From assembly GCA_040954595.2 (NCBI GenBank), contig CM082589.2, forward strand, positions 1,727,910-1,791,909: a DNA stretch of 64,000 bases, given 5' to 3'. Every line of letters starts with the position of its first letter. The stretch's first letter is position 1. Of the stretch, positions 41,004 through 51,400 are shown one piece after another. Below the pieces are notes generated by a model, which saw only the letters and a program-made list of their open reading frames with translations, searched no databases and was not told where the DNA came from. The position numbers were made by a program, and so were the translations under genes. The stretch is from Balanoglossus misakiensis (taxonomy: Eukaryota; Animalia; Hemichordata).

Positions 41004-44000
41004 ATGAAGCCGTATGCGTTAGTTTTAGTGATTCTGTTCTGTACAGGTAAGCGATGGATATTATTAACCATAAACGCTGTCTAATGCGTTCAGCAGGTAA
41101 AAGTTCGATATGGTTAAATCTAGTGATGGCATGATTCGCACACGTCGATAAATTACAGACAAGAATGGACATGATCTCTGACATCTTCCTAACCTGTGAC
41201 CATAGGTTTCAATACAGCCAAATTCAAAAGCATAATTCGTATGTCTTAAAACTAAAACGTTCTGTGCGTTTTGTCATGTCCCAAATTTATCTGGTGCTGT
41301 GGATAAACGATGCTTTCCAATGAGATTTATGACAAGTTGCACACACGCTGTAAAAGTATGCTACATCTGCTCACGAAACATAAAGAATGTTCACTGTTAT
41401 ATTCTCTCTTTTCAGAAATCGCTACTGGGCAGGATGTGGACGACGACATCATACAAAATGCAGTCGAAATGGGCAGAAACGCTGTGGACAGAGCGATTAT
41501 GGAGACCCAGCGAGCTTTACTGGACAGGAAACCGAAGAGCTCGAACGATTTGTTGACACTCTTCAAGTTTCCATCTGCAGACGCTGTTGAGATTGCAAGG
41601 GCGGAAGAAACCTTCCAGGCGGTTCTTGAAATACTTTCAGACCATGACGTTGGGGGCGCTGGGTCTGCCTTGTTTGGGTGGCCAACAGGTAGGAGTACGA
41701 TTGGTTTTCCTTCTCTACTGCATTACAGACCAAATAACACGAAACTTTCCCAAAGCGACTGCAAATTTTACTGCACCATTCATATTCTTTATATATTAGT
41801 ATCCTATCATTTACAGATGCGAATAATGCACACCCTCTGACGGACAAACTCGTTAAGAAGATCATGGAGTTGTCTGGATGCAATGACGTCACCAAAGATG
41901 TCGTCTGTCAAGACCTGTGCAAGTTTTCTGAGTATCGTACACCTGATGGCACGTGCAATAATCTGGACAAGCCCACCCAGGGAGCTACCCTGACCCCATT
42001 TGCCCGATTTCTGGATCCTAAATACGAAAACCACTTCAATGATCCAATTGGATGGGGCGACACGGCAGGTGGTCCAGAATCTTTGCCGAGTCCTCGCCTG
42101 GTTTCCAATGTCGTTGGTTCAACTGATACCATTACAGACGACAGCGAACTAAGTGACTTCGTCATGGTTTGGGGCCAGTTCCTTGATCATGATCTTGACC
42201 TGACACCCCAGAGTCCAAGTTCAGTGGCGTTCAAGGACAACGTGAGATGCAGCGAAACTTGTGAAAACAGCGCCCCCTGTTTTCCCATTCGAGTCCCAGC
42301 TGACGACCCACGCATACGACATAAACAATGTCTTGAATTTATAAGGTCTAGTGCTGCATGTGGTACAGGATATATCACTGGCTCGGGCAGGCCTGTGCCC
42401 CGGGCGCAGATAAACGCAATCACATCATACATTGATGGCTCGATGATATATGGCAGTTCAAAAACCCTCGCAGATAAGCTGAGAGCTTTCGATGGAAAGG
42501 GTCGACTCAGAATAAACGAGGACAGAGAAGTACCATCTGGTGGAAACAGTGGAACAAACGAAGAAGAAACATCTGGCCGACCATTGCTGCCCTATAACAC
42601 CGAATCTCCATTAGCCTGTTTGAGTGAAAGCAGTTCTAGAGAGATCCCCTGTTTCCTTGCTGGTGACGTCAGAGCCAACGAGCTGTTGGGTTTAACCAGC
42701 ATTCACACGCTGTTTGTCAGAGAACACAACCGTGTGAGTGAGAGATTATCTGAACTCAATCCTCACTGGGACGATGAAAAGTTGTACCAAGAAGCTCGCA
42801 AAATCGTTGGTGCTGTAGTTCAACACATTTCTTATGACCACTATCTGCCCAAGGTTCTTGGGCCAGAGGGCATGCTCCAACTAGGAGACTACCAAGGTTA
42901 CGACGCCAGCGCAGATGCCTCTATCGCTAATGTTTTTGCCACGGCCGCTTTCAGATTCGGCCATGGCACTGTCCGCCCGATGGTCCAACGGCTCCAAGCG
43001 AACTTGCAACCCATCGACGAAGGAAACCTTCCTCTCCATCTGTCCTTCTTTCAACCCTGGAGACTTGTCGAACAAGGCGGCATTGACCCTATCCTTAGAG
43101 GCTTATTCGCCATCTCCGCTAAGCAACTCATTCCAGACGAGATAATGACAGACGAGCTGACAGAGCGTCTCTTCGAGTTGGCTCAAACCATCGCCTTGGA
43201 TCTCATGGCTCTCAACATTCAGCGCGGACGGGACCACGGATTGCCATCCTACACCTCTTGGCGTCGGATGTGCCAGGTCGGTCGGGGAGATTCCTTCAAC
43301 CAACTGAAAGGCGAGATCTCCAACCAGGATGTACTTGATAAATTGAAAGACCTTTACAAGGAGCCCAAAAATATTGACCTGTTTATTGGCGCCTTGGCAG
43401 AAGATCCACTCCCTGGTGGCATTCTTGGGCCGACGTTTACATGTTTGCTGGCAACTCAGTTCCAAAAGACAAGAGCAGGAGACAGGTAAATGTGCCGAGG
43501 AATGATGCTTGCCAGATTCATAGGTTTAGTTTGATTTGGTTGCTATGGTTACATGTGACTGTTATTCTGTGGCCGTTAATATTTCGAGTCGATCAGCACT
43601 GGCTTTCTGTCTGAACAACACACTTCAAGACTAGAATAGCTGTGAAACTAGATATACCAACTGATTGTGGCGACACACTCTGTAAATGTTTAACAGTTCC
43701 AACCAAATTTCTAGGCGCATTTATATACAATGTAGTACGAATAGTATAGTTTTAATTACAAATTCATGCATGTCTATTTTACAGATTTTGGTACGAGAAT
43801 CCGGGTGTGTTTAGTAGTTCTCAACTGACTGAGATCAGAAAACAATCACTTGCTCGAATCATCTGTGACAACACCAATATCAACAAAGTCCAGTCAGATG
43901 TCTTCTTCAGCCTTACCACTGACAGACCCCTTCTTAAGTGTACTGATATAGCCGGAATGGATTTGACACTGTGGACTAAGGATGTTGATGGTAAGCGGAC

Positions 44001-44348
44001 TTTTAACTTAGTTATCACTGATTAGCCAATGTGGAAAGTTACTTGTGGACTGTGGTCATGAAGTTCTATGGTAGATATAGTGATCTTGTTTCCATATATG
44101 ACGCGTCTTTTTTATATCCAGGTGAGACACCTCCCACCATCGTGTGTCCAAATGACGTCACCAAGGAAGGCAACGGTGGAGGGGCGAGAGTAACATGGGA
44201 TGATCCAGTTACCTCTGCTGCTGACGTCACATGCTCCCATACCAGCGGTTCTGAGTTCCTGCCTGGAGTGACAACAGTGACCTGTTCGACCTTTGACCCT
44301 TCTGGAAATTGTGCTTCCTGTTCCTTTGCAATCACTGTTACTATATAA
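41004..44348 (+). CDS. Peroxidase C: secreted peroxidasin-derived heme peroxidase with C-terminal HYR domain, 805 aa
   Basis: Exons 41004-41046 (signal MKPYALVLVILFCT, continuing EIATG in exon 2), 41416-41688, 41817-43485 (WGQFLDHD, ITSYIDGS, GDVRANEL, FRFGH, NIQRGRDHG), 43785-43990, 44122-44348 (HYR), total 2418 nt. Confidence 0.94.
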
Positions 44349-44754
44349 CATGGGTGGGTACTGTCCACGGTGGAGGGGAAGCATATTCGATGACGACAGA
44401 AATAATGTAACTTTTGAACATACTAAGTTTGCGAAAACGCACCCCTTGTCCGAAATAGGACATGCGGTTAGGGGAATAAAAGTTAGATAAATCCTATTTC
44501 ACTTTGTGTATGACTTAGAATCTACAATGTACAATGTATGTATGTATACAACCATTGAACTAACTATTTCATGCAAACCTGGGCTTAAATAAACAAACAC
44601 ACGAAGGTCTCATTCTAGTGTCTTCTTTATTTGTGGAAACATGCCAGCATAATATTTAATATTGGAATCTACTTTCAACTGCTTGTTTCCCACGGGATCG
44701 GAGAGTCATATTCTCTGCAATAGAAATAGAACACACATCGTTAATATTTAGGAC

Positions 44755-44914
44755 ACATACATACATACATACATGCATACATACATACATACATACATAC
44801 ATACATACATACATACATACATACATACATACATACATACATACATACATACATACATACATACTAGTACATACATACATACATACATACATACATACAT
44901 ACATACATACATAC
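44755..44914. repeat. (TACA)n tetranucleotide microsatellite
   Basis: Read directly; gives the YVCM-repeat ORF 44656..45021. Lies in the predicted 3' UTR intron of peroxidase D. Confidence 0.97.
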
Positions 44915-45021
44915 GACAAATGCTTAGCCACTAAGTGTGTATTTGTTTTGTTTATAGCAGTTGAGTTTGTATTCACGGATATAATAACAAAAAACAAAAG
45001 TCGTTTTATCGCACTCACCAT

Positions 45022-48000
45022 CTACTCTATGTGTACGTTGAAATCACAGGTTGAGCAGTTACCGTCTGTGTCAACAGAGCTACAAGTAACTTTTGTCACT
45101 CCATTTTCAAAGATTGCTCCACTTGTGTGGGTACATATAACATGGGCGTCATCATCGGTTACTGGGTCATCCCAATCAGCAATGCCAGCCCCACAAGATT
45201 CGGCTTGTACTGTGACGTCACCAGGACACACAATAGATGGAGCTGTGCCACCTATCAATAGAGCAAATGTATTATTGATTGACTGGTTCAGCACCACGTG
45301 ACGTTTGTGAATGATTTACTGTCTTTGACACTGCCACAATGTCGATTGATTGATTGGTTGGTTGGTTGATTGACTGACTGACGGATTGTTTGATTGATTG
45401 ATGGATGTATCGATCGATTGATTGATCGTATGATCGGGGCATTACCTATCATTCCTTCTGTCCACGCTGTCAAATCCATTTCATTGATAGCACTGCAATC
45501 TAGAAGAGGCTTGTCAACAGTTGGAGTCAAAAAGACATCCTCTTGGACTCGAGTGATGTTAGTGTTGTCACAGATAATTCGAGCAACTGATTGCTTTTTG
45601 ATCTCAGCAAGCTGGGAGTAAGGGAAGACATAAGACTTCTCGTGCCAAAATCTGGAGGGGAAAAAGATAATGACATTGTTTTATTTTGTGAATTTCCATA
45701 CAACATGATGCATCATTCGGGTTGAAATAAAACAATAGAGTTACTTCTGATAGGAATGACAAGATTCTCCAAATTAAATATTTAATTACTTGCAATTTGT
45801 GTATAACTATTGAGCGTGACAGTTATCAAAACAGACATGTTTTCTGACAAAAAATGTTTCCGGAAAATGTCAGGGATAATTACCTGTCGCCAGCTCTTAA
45901 ATTCCTAAACTGGGTTGACAACACACAGGTGAACGTTGGACCAAGAATGCCTCCAGGAATAGCGTCTTCCGCCATGCCACCAATAAACAGATCGACGTTT
46001 TTGGGATGACCATACAACTGTTCAAGTTTGTTACGAACATCTACATTTGAAATCTCTTGCGCCAGATCATCAAACGTGTTTCCAGGTTGTAGGCCACACA
46101 GCTTCCGCCAGCTGCGATAACCTCGAAGGCCGTGGTCTCGTCCGCGTTGGATGTTGAGAGCCATGAGATCTAGGGCGACAGTTTCGGCCAATTCGAAGAG
46201 ATGCTCTGTCAGCTCGTCAGTCAGTATCTCGTCTGAAGTGAGTTGCTTGGCAGGTTTGGCGAAGAAGCCTCTCAGGATAGGGTCAATGCCGCCTTGTTCG
46301 ACAAGTCTCCAGGGTTGGAAGAAAGCGAAGCGGAGAGGAAGGTCCCCTTCCATGATGGACTGCAAATTGTCTTGAAGTCGTGGAATGATTGGTCGGACGG
46401 TGCCGTGGCCGTATCTGAAAACGGCCGTGGCGAACACGTTGGCTATGGATGCATCGACATCAGGATCATAGCCTTGGTAGTCGCCAAGCTGTTGCATGCC
46501 CTGCGGTCCCAGAACTTTAGGGAGGTAGTCATCAAAGACAATGTGTTGAAGTACAGAACCGACGATTTTGCGAGCTTCTTGGTACAGCCTTTCATCATCC
46601 CAGTGAGGATTGAGTTGAGACAATCTCTCGCTGACACGGTTGTGTTCTCTAAGAAACAGTGTGTGCATGCTGGTCAGACCCACCTGCTCGTTGGATCTGA
46701 CGTCACCAGCAAGGAAACAGGGAACGTCGTTGGTGGCACTGTCACTCAGGCAGGCGAGAGGACTATCGGGGTCGTATGGCAAGAGTGGTCGACCGGTAGG
46801 AACTTCTGTTTCCGCATTCACTTTCAGACTCCCCTTGCCATCGCGTGCTCTTAAATAATTTGCCAGTGTCTGTGAACTGCCGTAAATCTGGGAGCCATCG
46901 ATGTATGATGTAATTGCATTGATTTGCTCTCTGGGCATCACCTTGCCTGATGAAGTGAAGTAGCCGGTACCGCAAACGGCGCTGGACCTGATGAAGGTGA
47001 GACACTCTTCTTGTATGCGGGGGTCTCCATCCGGGATCTGGATGGGAAAACAGGGATTGCTGTTATCGCAGGATGCACTGCACGCCACCCCGTCCTTGAA
47101 AGACACTGAACTTGGACTCGCAGGAGTGAGATCAATGTCATGGTCGAGGAACTGGCCCCACAGCATGACAAAGTTGCTCCGGCTAACATCAGTGGTGAAC
47201 GTGTCAGTTGAGCCAATTTCTGTGGACACCAGACGGGGACTGGGCAAAGCTGGACAGCCATCGCCCGCATCGTTCCATCCGACGGGTTCATCTATGAAGT
47301 TCTCGTAACGTGCAGGCAGGAGGCGTGCAAAGGGCGTCAATGCAGCCCCCTGGGTGGGGTGTTGCAGGTTATTGCACGTGCCATCAGCGGTGCGGTACTT
47401 TGCATGTAGGCACACGTCTTCACAAGAAACATTTTTGTGAAAGGCACTGCATCCAGAGGCGTCCATGACTTGATCTACAACTTCTCGCGTTATCCGTTTT
47501 CCTGTCACTGAAAAATTAAACGGAGAAATAAACATCCGATTAAAACCTTAATAATTCTTATTTTGGATATTTTTCATAATTTTCCTCCAATGCATCAACT
47601 CTGGTTTCTTGTTATACCCTGAACAGCTGTATGAAATGTAGGTCTATATGAGGAACGACCATTACTGTTGATAAACAATATTCATAGTCAAAGATAGTGG
47701 TCTGCTCTCAGATGAAATTTGACAAGCTAGCAGGATACATGAAGTTTTACGTTGTCTGTCTGTCTCTTTGTCTGTCTGTCTGTTTGTTTGTTTGTTTGTT
47801 TGTTTGTTACCTGAGCGTCGTTCACGATCGGACATCACGCCTCTGGCGTCGCGGTCTCTGATCATCTCCATGGCTGCTCCGAAGACTTCATGAGACCTGG
47901 CTATTTCGACAGCTTCACGGGTCGGGAACCTGAAGAGCATCAGTAGGTCGTTTGGAGTTCTCACTTTTCTGTCCCGTAAAACGTTCTGGGTTTCCATAAT

Positions 48001-48426
48001 CGCTCTGTCGACGGTATTTCCTCCAATTTCCACGCAGTCTTTGATAAATTCATCACTTATATGCTGTCCATACGTGATATCTAAGTAGGAGGAATAGATA
48101 TGGTTTCCATGGTTATTTCAACAAACTCAATCTTTACACCGACAGTTTATTTCACTATTGGTTGTAATTCAACGCAGGGTTCGCCCTTTCCCTAGCACCC
48201 AGCAACCAAGTCTATATTGTCAGCCCAAAAACGGACCACTCTGACCACGTTGATGCTACCCTTGGTGCTAAATGGTACATTTAAAGTAGATTTGCAACAA
48301 CAACATACAAAAGCATGGCACATACTATCATTTTTTGTCAGGTAAAACAAAACTGAAGAACAAATTCTTACCTGAGAATATCAGAATACCAACCAGTGGA
48401 TAAATCCACATGCGAAACAACTTCAT
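45022..48426 (-). CDS. Peroxidase D: secreted peroxidasin-derived heme peroxidase with C-terminal HYR domain, 794 aa
   Basis: Exons (minus) 48372-48426 (GCCACCATG Kozak; MKLFRMWIYPLVGILIFS), 47811-48080, 45884-47507 (WGQFLDHD, ITSYIDGS, GDVRSNEQ, FRYGH, NIQRGRDHG), 45446-45651, 45022-45251 (HYR), total 2385 nt. Confidence 0.94.
45343..45432. repeat. Degenerate (GATT/GGTT/GACT)n tetranucleotide tract in peroxidase D intron
   Basis: Read directly. Confidence 0.8.
47753..47808. repeat. (TGTC)n-(TTTG)n microsatellite abutting the donor of peroxidase D exon 2
   Basis: Read directly. Confidence 0.88.
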
Positions 48427-51400
48427 GGTGGCTGCAAAAGATAATTCGAAAGACAGTCATTTCTATTGTAAGTTGTATTGTTTATATACGACGAGGACAA
48501 ATTATGCTTTCGCAATTATTATACAGAGATTTTGTTATTCGAGATGTTTTGAGGAATTTTTGGTTTTAAGTGAGGTTTTTTTTATCATTTCTGTTTTCTC
48601 ACAGTCACTCCACTCGCACCAGCGTTTATACTCACAACAAGCTCAAATGCCAAACTTTCGAAACAGTGCAATTGTAGCACACTACATATTTTTTGGCCGT
48701 TTGGGTGGGAAAGTTGCAGAAGTTTGACTGGTCAGATGTGTCTCTGGTACATGCATTTCTACACATGGAAGACAAAATCTGAGTGCGAGCGCGTCTCACC
48801 TGGTCTTGAATGCAGACTTGTCTAAACGGTGCCGGGATGAAATATACCAATTGCTTGGAAGACTGGCTGTCACTCCTCCTGGTCGGTAGTTGTGACTAGA
48901 CTGATGGAAAATTTATGAATTCAGTTATGTACTGGGATTTCATGACCCGGCCGACAATATGGCAGAAATAAAAGAAGCGGTATGCATGAATAAACTTATG
49001 GCAGGGTGTTAAAATAAGCATTGTTAGGGTTTTAATACTAATCTGCTTTTCAAGGAATGAGTTTGTTTTCAACGTTTTGAAGTCTTGCGAAATTGTTTAT
49101 GGTGATTCGAAAAGTTATCTATGTCGAAAATAGAAATGATTTTACTAAGAATATCACGACACTGTTGATCCGCTAATGTTACGAATGGGCTGTCTCTGGT
49201 GCATGTCCAGTGAGCGTGCGCAAACTGGGAATTTGGGGGTTTTAAATTATGCAACGTGGACAAGTCGTGCATCTGTCACAAGCATGCGCACGCATACTCG
49301 CATTTGCTCTGATCACAGTCCCTTCTATCAAAGAGGGACTGTGCTCATCAACAAACATATAAGACATTTCTTTACGCGGAGAAATTCTGCACTCACTTAT
49401 TTCCGCATCTCCTGTTGTTTATGTAAACAAGTAGATAAATATCAGCAAACGACAGAAAGTGAAAATATAAACGTGTCCCTTTTGGTGGGAAATGTTTCAC
49501 CTGGAATTTGACTCGCATACAAAACCATTGGCCTATTAAAATAAATGTATCTGGGACAAGGGATCAATATTCATTAAATGCCACAATGTGGCAGAATGAT
49601 TTTTAAGAAGATCAGACTCACCATTCGTCGGGACGCATCCACAAAGCACACGAAGCTTGACCAGATGTGATGAACTGATCATACCCCCGGGGGTATTGAA
49701 ATTTCGTCATCTTCAACGAAGTCATCATTTTGGTAGTGTTTTGTATCTTTAAGACTGCGTCTGCCATTCTCTCTATCGGCCTGTCTGTTTCTGTGACGTG
49801 TCTAGAATCTCATTGTGAACATCACCGCTAAATACTGCTCCATTCCAAATCTGTTTCTAAAGGGACCACGCATTATAAAAGTACGTATGGTCAGGCTTTT
49901 GGGGTATTACCGTGGTAGCGACTTTCGTATACTATTTGCATAGCAAAGCCAAGATTCGCCATATGTTTCTATTTGAATATATACGTTTTTTCGCCGTTTT
50001 GAATTGTTTTCTGCCGCCGATTTGATTTTCCCCGAGGTTATTCCGCTGATTATTTTAGTAATTATCAGCTCAGGTTTCTTTCACACAGGCTTATTTCACA
50101 CAACGTGTCACAGTATGGCAGGAAATCCTTCAATCAACTGCGACTTTGTTCCAAATAGAGCGTCACGAGTTAAGAGACGAGAGTGCATTGTACCTTGTAC
50201 TAGTTAACCGATATGTCACTGACAACCGGTCGATGACCAATGTATAACAACACAGAAGTACAAAACGGGTGATGATGACAGATTGTCTAAAATAATATGA
50301 GTAGATGTGGTGACGATGATATCTGTATCATCAGTCTTTTTATAATGTCCGTTTTTTTGCTGTAAACGAATCCACACGTGTCACTACCGCGACCTCGCTG
50401 CTGATTGGTGAAGTCGATGGCAGACAACAGATGCTACACCTGCAATATGCAGATTCACGGTATCCAGGTTTGTTGATATCATTCCGCTCATGTACAGCCA
50501 TGGCGTTGAAATTTGTTTGCCATACTGTACTTGCTTCCCCTACGAGGCAACACACGCGTGGCCTCCGGGGAAGGGGTGGGGGTACTTCAATAAATTTGTG
50601 GTAGGGGTATTGCAGTCCTTATGGTTTTAGCTTACTTTTACCCAAAGCTAAGTTTATTTCGGGCGGGGTGGTGGACCTACCTCCATCCAGAACGACTTCT
50701 TCAAACCATGCGGACCGAACAATGGTCTTTCCCGTCGTTTACATCATGCCAGGTAGATAGCTCTGGTTGTAGGCGGGGCTTTTGAGTCACTGGAATGACG
50801 TAGTGGTGCAGTGGTGACATGGGTCGCTTGCTTGACAATAGTGTCCCATTTTCAGCGGGAGAGCATCCAGACCATGCCAGACGAAGACTTGAACTCCATA
50901 CATCTGCAATTCGCGATGATTGAGGTCGCACTTGACCACGTGATGTGGCCGGAACTTGAGAGATGCTTAGATGGTGGTGACCATGGTCGTCTGTGGGTAT
51001 CCCTAAAAATAAGACTCCCGGCCAGACTTAGATATATATAAAAATTGGGATTAATTTTTATTTAATAACTGTACGGATGTGTGCAAACTCAAGCATGTGA
51101 AGTGCACATCACTTGTCGAATCCGATACGCCAACAGCGCCGCTACCGACCGTGTTCGGTGACTCTAAAGAAAATGTGATGACGTATCTTTTCATTGAAAT
51201 CACACAAAGTTGAGCTGGTTTGGCGAGGCTGTGATATTTAACAGATAATTTTCCCGGCAGCGACTCTCTGTTTTAATTGAGCTCAATGTTCAAGCATCAT
51301 GTTAATTACTACAGGGCTGCAGAGTTTTTTACGTTTGCACTAAAGGACGAGACAGGTCCATATACGGTTACCTTTACTGTCCCGGCATAAATACTTGAAG

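Noticed and set aside
30199-47308. Long antisense or alternate-frame ORFs over the peroxidase exons (e.g. 37155..37898, 46243..46854, 30199..30630)
   Set aside because: Shadows of codon usage in long GC-richer exons; no recognisable domains.
33096-49941. Octamer motif ATGCAAAT upstream of each peroxidase (33096, 35136, 39400, 49934)
   Set aside because: The same octamer occurs many times elsewhere in the window, so it is not specific to the cluster.
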